Source: Eledone cirrhosa
Taxonomy: Eukaryota
Length of the DNA: 64,000 bases
Assembly (NCBI GenBank): GCA_964016885.1
Contig: OZ024743.1
Span: forward strand, 190,836,001 to 190,900,000
Direction: 5' to 3'
Made by a program: the position numbers and the translations under genes. The first letter of the stretch is position 1, and every line of letters begins with the position of its first letter. Shown here piece after piece: positions 1-13,748 of this stretch. The notes under the pieces were generated by a model that was not told the DNA's origin, ran no database searches, and saw only the letters and a program-made list of their open reading frames with translations.

Positions 1-408
1 TTGGAAGGCCACTGATGAAGGACAAACTTTTTCATATGTAACCCATTTGCAACGCCGCAGCTCGATTATTATCATATTTATACATATATATACATTTTTA
101 TAAATATGTGTGTATACACACACACACACAAGCACACACATACACACATATATATATATTTATGTTTTAAACTAATATAGAAAGTAACTGGAGATGAGCG
201 ACTCTCTTATCTCCGAACTACGCACTCTACCGTGTAAGGTTACTCAAAAGGACTCTTCGGGTGGTAGAACCCTGTTTCGGCCTCTTTATATATATATCTA
301 TATATATATATATACATGTAGAAGAGATATTTAATTTGTTGGAAATCCAACAAATATAGATGTTTATAACTGATTCAAAGCACTCGACAGTTTTCTGGAG
401 TAAGTATT

Positions 409-704
409 CAATGATATTCAATAAATGGAAACTATACTTATAAGCCCATATTTATTCTATTATATATATTTCAAGCGTACCAACAATTTTGGTACGCTAT
501 CATCAGATAAAATACAAAATGTTTTATAAATATTTGACATGACCAAGGTTCAAGGAACCGTTAAGGTTTATTATCCTTGGTCATGTGAAATATTTTGTAT
601 TTTATCTGATGGTAGCGTACCAAATTTTTTGGTTCCCTTGAAATATATATTAATAGAATAAATATGGTTTTATAAATATAGTTTCCATTTGTTGAATATC
701 ATTG
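409..704. repeat. Fold-back (inverted repeat) of an HHR-bearing pLTR-like fragment
   Basis: Arms ~409-548 and ~575-704 are reverse complements with some mismatches; (TA)n on the right. Confidence 0.85.
453..514 (-). ncRNA. Type I hammerhead ribozyme motif
   Basis: Minus strand: tattttat-CTGATGA-t-agcgtaccaa/ttggtacgct-t-GAAA-tatata-TA-atagaata; mirror copy at 598-660 (+) carries CTGATGG and stem II mismatches. Confidence 0.8.
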
Positions 705-819
705 TATATATATATATATATTTATAGGAACGAGTAGGACCCCGACGGCTGAGCTCAGCCGTTTCGACGGCTAATTCTGGACTAAGTGAAAATGTCTGTA
801 CATATATATATATTTACGT

Positions 820-886
<67 letters not shown>

Positions 887-994
887 ATTTGATGGCGACT
901 TGAATAGACCTGCTTTTTCTCAGACACATTTTTTCTTTTCTGCCACTGCCCACTTTCCTCTATCTTTCTTTTTCTTCTTTAATTTTTTATTTTA

Positions 995-1030
995 ATTTCT
1001 GATGAAGAAATAGCGTTCGAAATGTTAGGA
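995..1030 (+). ncRNA. Degenerate minimal hammerhead in a pLTR-like fragment
   Basis: CTGATGA-a-gaa..ttc-GAAA-tgtta; similar motif at 29557-29595. Confidence 0.5.
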
Positions 1031-1116
1031 CACCTTCCCTACTATATGAAGCGTAAAATTAACATATTTCCTCGCTGTACTGTGCCGTTTTCTTTGTTAT
1101 TTTTGTTTACCTTTTT

Positions 1117-1200
<84 letters not shown>

Positions 1201-1382
1201 ATAAAGAGAGATACACCCAGATATAACATATATGTATTCAAATCATAAGAGACTCTGTTAATCTCTCTTTATTATATTAAATTGTATTATACGGCTCGGA
1301 AAATCTTTTCCTTGAGCTATTTTAATTGTAAGGGACTACTAAGAGTTTCTAACTCTCTATATACTTTTGATAAATATATATC

Positions 1383-1413
<31 letters not shown>

Positions 1414-2320
1414 TTCTCTCCATATATATATATATATATATATATATGGAGAGAGGGAGTACATGCATATTTGAGTGTGTGTACTATAATACTATCACCA
1501 ATATAATCCCTTAAGTTTGTAACAATAATTCGCCTTATTTATTTTAACTTTCCTATGTCTCCTAGCCACGATAATATTTTGAAGTATACGTTTAGAGTTT
1601 CAACGAGTTATGCATTTACAACAATTTTAGCTATGAGCAAGCACCACAGGCAACATTCTCTTCGGTTCGCGTGATAGCTAGTATCATCGATCTTAGATTT
1701 CAATGAACTATCTACGTTCTACGTATAATTTCCGTACAAATTCTTGTATCTTGGCAGCATTGATGTTATCTGGCAATTTTTTAGTCATGAATTTACAAAA
1801 ATAAACTGTTTGTCAATTTGCTTTTAAGTTTTGTTTGCTTCATTTGGACAACAGCATCTCAATTTCTCAGTAACACAGCAACTTCACTCATTCTATGTAT
1901 TTTACATTTTTCCCTCGTTTGTAGTGTTTTGTGTGTATCTTTACATCCCTGTTCAACGAATTTTACACCCGAATAGAAACATGAGTAAACAATGAAGTAG
2001 TTCACGCATTCTTTCAAGTTAACGTCATAATAATAAACACCATTATTTTGTCGTTGATATTGTTGTAATGACGTCAAACATTGACAAAATGTTCGTCTTC
2101 ACTCCCAGAAATACCATTAATAACAACAGGATATAGGTCATCATGATCACCGTATTTTGAACGTAACCATCAGCATCAGCGTCATCACCATCATCAACAT
2201 ACCATCATCATCCTTATCATCATCCATCATCCTTATCGTCATCCATCATCATCATCATCATCGTGAAAAATTCATCTTCCTCATAATCATATATCACCAT
2301 CTATTTCTTCGTTATTATCA

Positions 2321-2535
2321 TGGTGGATTGACAGTATCGGTAGAGCGACGGACAGAATGGTTTGTGGTGTAGAGTTATGGCCCTTTACGTTCTGAGCTCA
2401 AATCCCCCCCGAGGTTACCTTTGCATTTCATCTTTACGGATCGATAGAATAAAGTACCAGTAATACACTGGGCTTGATTTAATCTACTTTCCCTTCCTCT
2501 TTTAAATTGATGGCCTTGTGCCTAAAGTAGAAAAA
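2321..2535 (+). mobile_element. tRNA-derived SINE (Deu/Nin-like central domain)
   Basis: A/B-box-like head then ctttgcatttcatc..tcgata..aaagtaccagt core shared with many copies in the window. Confidence 0.75.
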
Positions 2536-2884
2536 GTGATCATCCTTACAATAGTTTCTGGCCTCACCAACACCACAACCACTACCACCACAACGACCAG
2601 TATCACAATCCCCGCCAGAAAGCCGATCATCATAACAATCACAACATCCAAATTAAGAAGATCTATGAATGGCATTCCAGCCATACCTCTACCATCTTTA
2701 TTTTCAGATATTATACTTGGAACTACATAATCTAATGTTTCATTTCCGTTTTAAGAGGATAGAATACGATTTTAGTGACATTTTCCTAAGACTTTTAGCA
2801 AATGGAGTGATTACTTAGGTTTGCATTCGTTGTTGATGTGCCCCAACTGGACAAAATCGTTGTAGTTACATTGTGAGTGTTATT

Positions 2885-3038
2885 CTTTTGGCACAGGCTA
2901 CATTACTGGTACTTTATTTTATCGACCCCGTAAGGATGAAAGGCAAAGTTAACCTCGGCAGGATTTGAACTCAGGCCGCAAAGGGACATAACTCTATGCT
3001 GTAAAGCATGGCGTCCAATCGTCTACCGATACTGCCAA
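2885..3038 (-). mobile_element. tRNA-derived SINE, same family
   Basis: actggtactttattttatcgaccccgtaaggatgaaaggcaaagttaacctcggcaggatttgaactcag. Confidence 0.8.
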
Positions 3039-3981
3039 ATGTTGTTATTGTCTTGGTTTTACTGAGGTATCGATTCATTTTGTATCGTTGTTGTTATTGT
3101 TGCTGTTGTTGTTGGTGGTGGTAGGGGTGGGGTGATCGGGGTGTATGTGGTGCTGTTGGGTGTGGGTTGCTGGTGTTATACTTGTTTGTTGCTCCTATTG
3201 TTTTTAACATCATGCTTTTCTGCATTACGTTAAGTTTGAATTCCACGCTGAAACATCAGTGAGAGACTCATGAATTGTATAATTTCTCCGCAGTCGCCCA
3301 CAATAGTGAACCCCATGTATTTCTATAATATGTATTTTAGCTGGAATCAGGTGTTGTTATTCCTACAGAATTGACTACATTTACACTAGCTCTAATCTAG
3401 TAAAGTAATTCATTGTTGGGGGCTACTGGATCAATACACTTTATAATATTGTGATTAGATTTATAGCTGTAACATCTCTTAGAATGAGTATAACGACGTC
3501 GTGTGTTAATGAAACGCTTGTCAATTATGTAACTTTTTCTTTGTACACACCACTGGTAAAAACATAATCTCATGCAGTCCAACCCCTCATCCATATCGAT
3601 CTCTTAGTTCCAAATTAGCCCTGGTCGAGCATAGGATCATTTCCCTGTTACATATGTTTATCTATATATTATACTACTATGTTCCCAGTTTTGGCAGAGT
3701 AAGCCATTCAATCTCAATTTCAATTCTGTTTTCATCCAAGACACCTCACAGAATCCACAAGTTTCACATAGTCTGCTCTGTCTATCATAAGTCTACCGAG
3801 TTCTTGTATGTTGGCTACTCCAGTGACCCTCAGTAGAGAGTCGATGTAGGTAAGGTTCCTCTTACTAACCTCCAGAGCACCAGTTTGCTCGATATTTTCT
3901 CATAAAAACGTATGCAGTAGCTAACGGGTCTTAGTCTCCATTGCTGATTGTTATGAAGTATCTGTTGCAATACGCAACATA

Positions 3982-5080
3982 CCGTGTTTACTCGAATATG
4001 AGCGGATCTGAATGTAAGTCGTGTCCCTAATTCATATATGAGAAATAGGCTAAAACCAAACCCTCTTGTGTTAGCTCAGCCAGTTAATCAACGCATTTTA
4101 TTTAGATGGTGCCGTTTTGAAATTCTAATGAATTGAGAATATAAATTTTAATATTTTAATATTTAGATAGTTTTAAGTATCATTTAATGTATAGCTTTTG
4201 TTTGATAAATCCATTACCTAAGGTATTTGATTACTTCATCCGTTTCATAAAGTTTCAACAAGTTTGTCGAATTTGACTTTATTTCTGGTCATTCACATGA
4301 TAGGAGAACTTTGCTTTCTTTTTAGCAAAAAACAATAGCGCTTTCTCCAGGATGTGAGAAATCTTTATTCAATATTCACAAGGAGTTTGATATATTAATA
4401 TTTTTCAACCGTTCAGGAGAGTATTAAAAACACTAGGGGAAGAGCGAAACTATGTGCAAGGGGATATAATTAATAGGAAATAGTTGAAAGCAAAAGGAGA
4501 ATAAGAGAACACTGTAAAAGAGGGAGGAAGAGACAGCAAACGAGAAAGATGGGAGGTAGATCAAGAAAAAGGGGCGAGAGCTAGCGAAGAATGAGAGGGC
4601 GAGAGAAATAAAGTACAAGTCAGAAGTAAAATGTTCAATCTTAAGAAAGATTGAAAGAAAAAGTATAATTAAGTCATAGAGAAAAACAGTTGGCACGTGT
4701 GTGCAGGGACATACGTGTTTGTGTGCGTGGGCGTGTGGATGCGTGCGTATATGTGTGTGTGTGTGTGTGCACTTGTATGTGTGCTCACGTGTACATGCAT
4801 ACACACATACACGCATGTATGTGTGTATGCATGTGGTTGCCAGTATATATGTAGGAAGTATTTATGTATTAAAAGTTCAAAATAAAATACATTTGTTGGG
4901 TGTCTTCTCAATCAAATTCATAAACAACTCTCATGACGAACGATGTAGTAAATGTAGAAAAACAGCACCTTATTTTAGAAAAATGTAATCGGCAAAATAT
5001 TGACCTCGAAAATAAGTCGACCCCATTTTACAATCTATCTTTTGTCACATATTTCTCGACTTATATACAAGAATAGACAG
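3982..5080. mobile_element. Degenerate pogo/Tc2-like non-autonomous DNA transposon
   Basis: Imperfect TIRs (ta)ccgtgtttactcgaatat / cgacttatatacaagaatagacag(ta), TA flanks. Confidence 0.5.
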
Positions 5081-5505
5081 TACGTTTATAGCATCTATAA
5101 ATTTATTTCTGTATTGCTTCCATGATTGTCCAAGATTCTGATCCATATAACAAAACTAACAAAACTAAATCAACTGTTGCAGTTATTTCGAGTTTCTTTG
5201 ACAACTCCGAGTTTCACATTTTCTTCATCTTTTTGCTCTGTGCTAGTGCTTTCCTAAGCTCTATGTACTTTTATGAGTTCTCTGCCCATCCTCTCAGGTA
5301 CCTAAAATTGTTTGCCAGTTTCAAAACTTCTTCGTTCAACCCTTTGGTAAATAATGGCGTTTGTTGTGTAAACACTTGAATTTCGGTCTTTGTCGCATTA
5401 CATTATAGACCTAAATGTTTCGCCTCATTATTAATTTACAAATACTCTTCTTCTCTATGTATATCCAGATCATCAACAAACCAGTCATTTATCACCTTCA
5501 TATAG

Positions 5506-5695
5506 TGGTTTCTTATTTAGGCACAAGACCAGCAATTTTGGGGGAGGAGAAAGTCGATTAAATCAACCCCAGTGCGTGACTGGTACTAACTTTATCGACC
5601 CTGTAAGGATGAAAGGCAAAGTTAACCTCGGCGGGATTTGAACTCAGATCATAAAAGGCCGTAACTCTATGCTGCAAAGCATGGCATCCGACTCT
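5506..5695 (-). mobile_element. tRNA-derived SINE, same family
   Basis: Same conserved core and B-box (gatttgaactcag). Confidence 0.8.
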
Positions 5696-6025
5696 GTCCA
5701 CCCAACACATGTTTACGCAGTGTTCTCAATAGGTTGTTTGTTCTGTTTTCTATTTGTCTGTTGATCGTCTTCAGATAATCCCGAAAGTTTTGACACCATA
5801 CGATCCTTGACCTTCCCTGTCTCCTTATTCCTCCTGTCACTATGTATCTTAACTGTGTTGTTGTATAGCCATGATTTGGAAAATTCTAATTCCATTTGCA
5901 GATTCTCTATCTTTTCTCTGTACAGTGGTATATGCTTGAAGATCAGATTAATTGTTTACTTATTAGAAGAGTTTCAATTCACAATCTCGGTTCATTTATA
6001 GTGCTGCATATCATCGCTCTTGAAT

Positions 6026-6085
<60 letters not shown>

Positions 6086-6150
6086 ATGGTGGTGATGGTG
6101 ATGGTGGTGTTGGTGGTGGCAGCGGTGGTGGTATGGTTGCTGGTGGTGCA
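6026..6150. repeat. (GTA)n followed by (GGT)n-like microsatellite
   Basis: Directly visible; explains the poly-S/V/T/Y ORFs. Confidence 0.95.
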
Positions 6151-6854
6151 GGTCTTGGTGCTTGTAGTAGTAGTAATAGTAGCTGCAGAAGGAGGAGATA
6201 GAACTTCCACAATAAACAGCTTCACACATTTTGTTTGTACGCTTAAGAAATTATCCCAGATTAAACAAATATAAATTAAAATAAATAGCAAATGAAATAG
6301 TAAAAGTAGTATTCCATTTGTGGAATATCTAAAAATAATATTTGTCTCTTTTTTTCCGAGTGATCGAGCGCAGTTTTTTTTCTATTACATTTACGCGCCA
6401 TACAAAACGAGTATCAGCGGTCTTAGTGTTAATTTAGGTAGGTGACACTTTTCAATGTGTTCTGTAAACACTGGAAAATGTATTAAAATTTTCTTTTTTC
6501 CCTCTTTTAATAGTCTCGAGAAATTATAGGATTTCACTATTCTGTGGCATTGCGAGATTAACGGGAAATAACTGATTTTAAAATTGGTAAATAAACAGTG
6601 TACTCTTTCACTAGATGCATTAAGTTTCTTGGTCTGAAGTGTTAGCAAAATATTTACACAGTACAGGCAAGAGTGAAAAGAAAGGAAAGTGGTCAAAATC
6701 TTCAAATTCTCAGAATCTTCTCATTTCAGGCTTTGACGTAAATTCTCTCTATATATCTCTACATATGTATACATACAAACACACTTACATACAAATATAT
6801 GTTTATGTTTGCATGCATGTATGCAAATGCAAGGATTCTCACACACACACACAT

Positions 6855-6919
<65 letters not shown>

Positions 6920-7539
6920 TGTGTGTGTGTGTATATATATATATGCATATATATATATATATATACACACACGCACACGCACATATATATATATATATAT
7001 ATATACACACGCATACTCACACACACATATATATATATATATACGCGGGTGCATATATTGATCAATAGAATTATTTTTTCATTTGAAATTATCAAGGTAA
7101 TCTGTTAGGTGTAAAAGCTTCTTTCTCTAAAAATACTTCAGTCTTTCGCACTCTAACTGCATGCAAGGAAGTCACTATTTATGTGTACACACATAAATTT
7201 ATATAAACAGACATACACAAAATACATTTTTTTTTTTTTTCGTGATACGTGAATTTTTGATAAATTCTGAACAGAACCGCAAATACATTAATATTTAGAT
7301 CATAGAAGATAAATGTCGGTGCCTCCCACACACGTAAAAATCAATTTCCTGTTATGGACCCAAATGTTTTCTAGGAATTAATCTTAGTTTCATGCATTCG
7401 ATGTAATTCATGTTATAACATGAAATACTACCTGCAGTGAATATTAGGTTTGTATTATTTGTTCTTTTATACGTTCTATTGTCAGTCTATCACCATGATC
7501 ATGTTCAACTTCAACGTTATCAATGTCATGGCCATCATT

Positions 7540-7577
<38 letters not shown>

Positions 7578-7629
7578 AATCATCATCTTCATCATCATCT
7601 ACACCCCCTCCTCCTCCTTATTATCATCA

Positions 7630-7815
7630 ACAAAAACCAACCGGCTGAAAACCTTGGTCTAGACCCCGAGCAAGATGGTTGGATAACATCCATGAGTTTG
7701 GATGGTCTCGCTTGAGGATTCAGCTACATAAATCGAGAAAGATTGCTTCTGACAGAACACACAGGAAGGCAGGCTTGAAGCATCTGCTCCCCAGCCCTCC
7801 CACGGTGAAGGAAAA
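7630..7815 (+). mobile_element. Possible 3' fragment of an RTE-type LINE
   Basis: ggtctagaccccgagcaagatggttggataacatc resembles the GRP..RW.D.I C-terminal motif of RTE ORFs; flanked by (CAT)n. Confidence 0.35.
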
Positions 7816-8331
7816 GATCCTTATCATCATCAAGAGCAGTATGTATATCATTAGGTTATAAATTGGCAGAATTGTTAAGATGTCGGATAAAAGCATTCGG
7901 CTATTTATTCTGACATTTCATTAAAATCTCGCTGATGTCAACGTTACCTTTCTTCCTTTAGGTGGCGATAAATAAAGTACCATAACGCCAGTTTAATGTG
8001 ATTGTATGGCTTAATCGTTAGAGCATCAGACATCTAGTATATGTTGCAGTTCTTTGCGTCCTGAATTTACAACCCAATGCCGACCACTTTAGTGACAGAC
8101 TTAATAAGTCACCCTATTTACCACAACCTGGAGTTTATTTGCCATTATCGGACCCACTTTTGTTCAAAGCATTCGGGTTAATTATCCGATTTGAAGATAA
8201 TTTGCTTCTTCACGGAAGCGAGCACATTTGGAAACTGACGTTTACTAACTTAAAGGCTGTTGGCAATCAATTGCATTACAAACTAAGTGCTGCAATAGGA
8301 ATTTTCTTTCTCTCTCTTCCTCACTCTCTGT

Positions 8332-8368
<37 letters not shown>

Positions 8369-8844
8369 CAAAATAAATAAATGAGGGAGGAGCAATTCGT
8401 TTAAAACAAAAGTTTACTTCTTACCACAGCGAGTAAGTGTTTACGCACGTGTAAGTTGCTAACGCTGTTGGTATAGAATCATCAGAGAAGATATAATTGT
8501 TAATTCTGATGCCAATTAAAGTTGGTTTAACCAACCAATCTGGGTGAAGGTTCATTGAAAGCAGAGGTTAATCCTGGATAAAAGTTCAATTAAAGTAGAG
8601 GCAATATACGTCGTAATGCATATATATGTAATTGCTTTTGTTGTAGTTGTTGTCACCGACGCTATCTGTAGTGTTGGCATTGGTAACGCTGTTGATAAGG
8701 TGGGGATGCAGTGTCACTCCTCTCAAAGTTTGAATCGCTGTCACGTGACAGCTGGGTAAACTTGGGGGGGGGGGGGCGTATTCCATCCATATTTTTGGGA
8801 CAGAAAATATTTTCAAAAAATAAAGTTCATATATTTTGGCATAT

Positions 8845-9025
8845 ACTATAGGCATAAAACCAACAATTCAAAGGGGAGAGGAACGTCGATTAAATCGAAC
8901 CTAGTGCATTTTATCGACCATGTAAGGATGAAAGGCAAAGCTAACCTTGGCGGGATTTGAACTCACAACGCAAAGGGCTACTAAGCATGTTTCCCGATGC
9001 TCTACTGATTCTGCCATACCCCCAC
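8845..9025 (-). mobile_element. tRNA-derived SINE, same family
   Basis: tttatcgaccatgtaaggatgaaaggcaaagctaaccttggcgggatttgaactc. Confidence 0.75.
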
Positions 9026-9063
9026 CCTTGTAATAATAGTAATAATAATAATAATGATAATTG

Positions 9064-11150
9064 ATCATTTATTAGCCACAGGGGCCAACATATAGGGAAC
9101 GATACAATAGAAGGGGACAGTGGGGGTGTTTACCCACAAATCGAGTAAACAATATAAAAACAATAAAAATAAAGAAGAACACAACAATGAAAATTCCCCC
9201 AAAGGGGATAAACAACCAGCATCCACTCAGGTACCAAATCAATCCTGAACCACCCGACGCTTCGAGGTCACCCGGGACGGGCACTCAGGAAGGGCTCCCG
9301 TCACCTACTCAAATTAGCCATCCAACCGGCACATGCTCAGAGTAGGCCATCCACACGGGCCATTCTCGCCAGATTTACCCACCTTTTAGCAAATGTGCTG
9401 GTGGGAGCTGCACTTCTCTCTCAACTCTCACCTTCTTTTCCAAATGAAACTTGGAAAGGTTAATGAGGGATTGGCTAAAGAGAAAAGTGTCTCGCTTCAG
9501 AGGAAAATTGCTTGACATTCCCAGCCAAAAGAAGGCGCCGGGGTGTTATTCACTATGGACTCGAACAATAGCTGGATTCGTTCTACATGCGACCACAGAT
9601 GTTCGGCATAACTCCACTAATCAGTAATGAACAGACACTGGACGAGTGAGTACACAACGAGCTTCGTGGTTATGCGCGCATTTTGAGCAGGTTCGTCTGA
9701 CATCACTTCCGTGCCTGTAGAGTTTGTATCGAACTGGCAGTGCCTCCTGGTAGCACTGCCAAGTGAAGATTTCAGGAAGTTATCCATAGTCACTGGCTCG
9801 AAAGTCCTCCGGAATAGACTGGGCAGTTCGAATCCGTCGACGCCGAGAGCTTCTCCGAGTGCGTCATCGCACTTGCCCACCACTAATTCTCTATAGAACT
9901 TGAAAGTTGAAGTTGCACTGACCGCATTGTCCACCTGGTAGAAGGAAACGAGAGCCTGGCAAAATTCCAGATGACAGGCGCCCAGTTTCGTTCTCTTTTT
10001 GACCCGGGACTGCAGCTCGGGCAAAGAGGCAGAATATATGGGGATGCCGAATCTACAGCACATGTTGCCCATCATTAGCCACGGCATTCCCAGCCCTCTG
10101 TGTATAGGGTGATGGCAGCAGTTGGGCCGTCTTACCTACCGAACCTGTCCCTTCCACAATAAGTTGAAGAAGAGCCGCTCCAATTTGGTGAGGCGCGAAC
10201 GGGGACAAGGCTTGACGGTTAAGTGTTAGTAGATGATGGACGCGATGTACGCATTCACCACCTCCGTCTGGCCTTTCAGGGACAACTTTCTTTCGGCAAA
10301 TTTCTTGTTTAGACTTGCTAACATGACGTAATTTCGTCCCGATTGTTATCCACCCGCAGGTCTAATCCGAACCAAACCTTGAGCAAATTTATCGGTCCGT
10401 CCGTCCAGCGCCCAGTGACGCTGTTGGATGGCATGGACTTGCCACTCCAAATGCCGAAATGCAAGCCATCACGACGTTTCCGGGTTTAGTTTCGCTCCCG
10501 TCATCCTTTCATGTTCCTTCAAGAAGATGCCAATGACCTCTATTTCTGAGGTGTTGGCCAACATCATGGTGATGTCTTCCGCATAAACCGACACAGCCTC
10601 TCCGCGTTTCGGTTCGTGTGGGATACCCTGCAACGGCTCCATCTTCTGCTGTAAAGGCTCAAAACTCAATACGTACTGAATGAAAGAGAGAGGGCACCCT
10701 TGCGGATCGAATGGAAGGCCATTAACTTTGACCACCGAACAGATGCCACTGTGCATTACAGCGAATCAGCCTCTGATGACGTGACTGAAGCCAGCTGCCT
10801 TGTGGATAGCCGCAATGTATCGATAGTCGACCCATCGAAAGCTTTCAACTGATCTAAATCGATCAGGCCCCACCGTAGCCGAGTTTACACCCTAACCTCA
10901 CTCTAATGTATCACATGAGGTTGAGGTTGTCGTGTATGGACCTGGTCGGGATTGTGGACTTTTGCACCTCGCCTACCAAATCCTCAACTACAGGCGCCAA
11001 CTTCTTCGCTAACACCTTGGCCCAAATGTTAAACACCATGTTCAGTAGAGTTATGGGGCTGAAGTTGTCCCTCTTTTTCACGTCTTTCCACATCATTGTC
11101 ACTACACCCCGGCTCACAGACCTGGGCATACTCCCATTCTGCTGTTGCGC
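9064..11150 (-). mobile_element. Tx1/L1-clade LINE relic, 5'-truncated, frameshifted RT
   Basis: NFSPITLLN..AKVLAKKL..IPTRSIHDNL, QGCPLS, VYAEDIT, GAKLN in several frames; 3' end gtggctaataaa followed by (ATT)n-like tract. Confidence 0.85.
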
Positions 11151-11623
11151 GCGCACACACACACACACACACCTGTATATATATATATATTTATATATAT
11201 ATTATACTCTTGATTTGGCCAGAGATGAATATTTCCAGATACCTTTTAAGGGTAACTTTCCGTATTTATTATTACTATGAAATATTGACTGTTATTCTGG
11301 TATCATATCTCTGTTTTTAGCCTAAGAAAATACCTATATGCGTGTATAAATAATACATGCATATATTTATTTTTTTTAAATCTAATTGAGTTCTTCACAC
11401 GCAGTATTAAAATTATTGAAAAAATTAATTGACCCGCGTGCATATTATTTTATTATGTTTCGCGATAACCTCCCCTTTCCGCTTGATGACAGTGTAAAAT
11501 TTCTCATTCTGATACTGCTGGAATTTTAAATTTGGCGGTCTGTCTGATACGGAGAGGGACCATCGATAGAAACATTGGATATCGGTAAGAAAAAAATGTT
11601 TCTATATCGATGTTTGACGGGCA

Positions 11624-11745
11624 TCCACTGATGATTTATAAGTGCCCACCTGCATATATTCCTACGGACTATGTGCAGACTTCTACATAACCTGGACTCA
11701 TATTTCCCAACTTGTAGAAAACTTATAACGAAACAATTGTTTGGA
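11624..11745 (+). ncRNA. Type I hammerhead with long branched stem II
   Basis: tcca-CTGATGA-t-ttataagt..[ctgcatat/atgtgcag][ttctaca/tgtagaa]..acttataa-c-GAAA-caattg-TT-tgga. Confidence 0.75.
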
Positions 11746-11922
11746 AAGGGAGATGTATTTTAATTATGTCTCGTATAAGATAATACAACTGGCTATCCGC
11801 AAAATACATATAGTTAGCACCCCAAACGAAAAATTTGGATTATACTTAGGTGTAACCTAATGTTTGTTGAGTGAGATCGAAGCCAGTCAGAGTATAGGTT
11901 AAAGCTTTCTCTGTTAATGTAT

Positions 11923-11969
<47 letters not shown>

Positions 11970-12172
11970 ATACTTGGGGAGGGTCATATTTGTGTAATAT
12001 TGCCAAAATTAATAACAGAACACATTCACTGTTTGGTTGGTTTTCGCTTTTCGCTTCTGTGTCTTTTATATCGGTAATCTAATTTATTCGGTCCTCAATG
12101 TTGCCATTGACTGACCAACGGTAAAAAATAATACAGATACAATATAGACACAAACGCATATATATATAGTTT

Positions 12173-12215
12173 ATCAATATTCTTTCGTTGCACATCTGAA
12201 ACATCATCAGTGATG
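12173..12215 (-). ncRNA. Degenerate minimal hammerhead
   Basis: Minus: atca-CTGATGA-t-gtt..aac-GAAA-gaatat-tgat. Confidence 0.5.
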
Positions 12216-12265
12216 CTATTGTTTCCTCCGGTTACATTGTATGTCTACGCCATCCTTATTTAGTC

Positions 12266-12378
<113 letters not shown>

Positions 12379-12461
12379 ATAATAATAAAATTGAAGACTA
12401 AAATCCAAAGAGGGCTCGATAAGGAAAATATATATCAAATATATAAGAACCGTAGAGCAAA

Positions 12462-13293
12462 TATTTATTAAAATAACAGATTAAAGTTTAAGCAAAGAAT
12501 CGCTGCTTTCACCCTTAACGGGATCTTCTGAAACTAACAAAGTCAATCTGTAAACGCAGAACTGGATATTTCAAAAAAGGTTGCAACCGGAGGAAGACAG
12601 AAAGACGATACATTGGTTCGTGGTAACGTTCGCTGTCAAAGAACGGGAAAAAACGAATAATACGTCATTAATAGGAGCGATGAAAAACAATTACGCGCAA
12701 AGACAAAACCACGTGTATGGTTTAAAAGAGGTCGTAGACTAATGTTCTCTTAGGTGGTGCATAGAGACGTTCTCTGGCAATGAACGAAAAAAACGAAGAT
12801 AATACGTGATATGTGGAGCGTAAAGAACAATAGCACGCAAAGACAAAACCACGTAAATGGTATAGCAGAAATCGTAGACTAAAATTCTAACTAGGAGACC
12901 AAATGAATCTCCGCTACAGAGTTAAGAACAAAGTAAATAAATACAATACAGAAGTAATAGGAACAAATAAATACATACACGCAAACAGATACGTACATAC
13001 ACAAGCATACGCAAAACCTTACCATGGGTATACAAAACCACGCAGATATAAATATGTGTGTGTGTGTATGCTTGTGTACAAATAAATAAATAATTATATA
13101 AACGTATATAAGTAAATAAATACGTATATAACAAGCGCACACGCATACCTACATATAAATACACGAATGTTCGGAGACGTAAGTCTTTTGAAATATCCAG
13201 TTCTGCGTTTACAGATTGACTTTGTTAGTTTCAGAAGATCCCGTTAAGGGTGAAAGCAGCGATTCTTTGCTTAAACTTTAATCTGTTATTTTA

Positions 13294-13300
<7 letters not shown>
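12462..13300. mobile_element. Non-coding fold-back element with ~115-bp inverted arms, each with an HHR-like motif
   Basis: 12462-12575 is the reverse complement of 13187-13300; diverged ~140-bp tandem dimer inside (12625-12890); relatives at 55553-55690 and 58735-58798; (TA)n nearby on both sides. Confidence 0.8.
13227..13277 (+). ncRNA. Hammerhead-like motif with CAGAAGA core variant
   Basis: agttt-CAGAAGA-t-ccc/ggg-t-GAAA-gca..tgc-TT-aaact; all three stems pair. Confidence 0.6.
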
Positions 13301-13376
<76 letters not shown>

Positions 13377-13378
<2 letters not shown>

Positions 13379-13544
13379 GCATTTCCAGGCGCCGAAGAAA
13401 CTTCGTCCTCGAGGACGCACCCTAATTTTGACAACCAAACATTTGGGAAAAAATAATAAACAACCTTCGGCCTCCTGGAATCATGGTAGATTTTGGAGAC
13501 TTATTTTAGGGAAAATGTAGCGTCTTCGACGCCGAGAAATACGG
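13377..13544. mobile_element. 168-bp pogo/Tc2-type MITE
   Basis: TIR ccgcatttccaggcgccgaaga / tcttcgacgccgagaaatacgg with TA on both sides. Confidence 0.75.
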
Positions 13545-13707
13545 TACATGCTCACACACCCATACATATACATATACATATATATGTATGTGTTATATCG
13601 AACATTAATAATAATGTTCGATTCGTTTGTAAACAAACCGCCCGATTTGAAGCTGTGCCGTGCCGGTAACCGATCGTAACCTGTTTGATCAACACTGGCT
13701 TTGAGGA

Positions 13708-13748
13708 ACAATCAGCATGTTTCTAGGTCATTACCCTTCATCAGGACT
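13708..13748 (-). ncRNA. Degenerate minimal hammerhead
   Basis: Minus: agtc-CTGATGA-agggtaatgacct-a-GAAA-catg-ct-gatt. Confidence 0.5.

Noticed and set aside
1-60. ccaCTGATGAaggac at the window start
   Set aside because: No closing stem II or GAAA visible; possibly a truncated HHR but unsupported.
245-290. Minus-strand gaaac..ccgaaga as a type II hammerhead
   Set aside because: Stems could not be paired convincingly.
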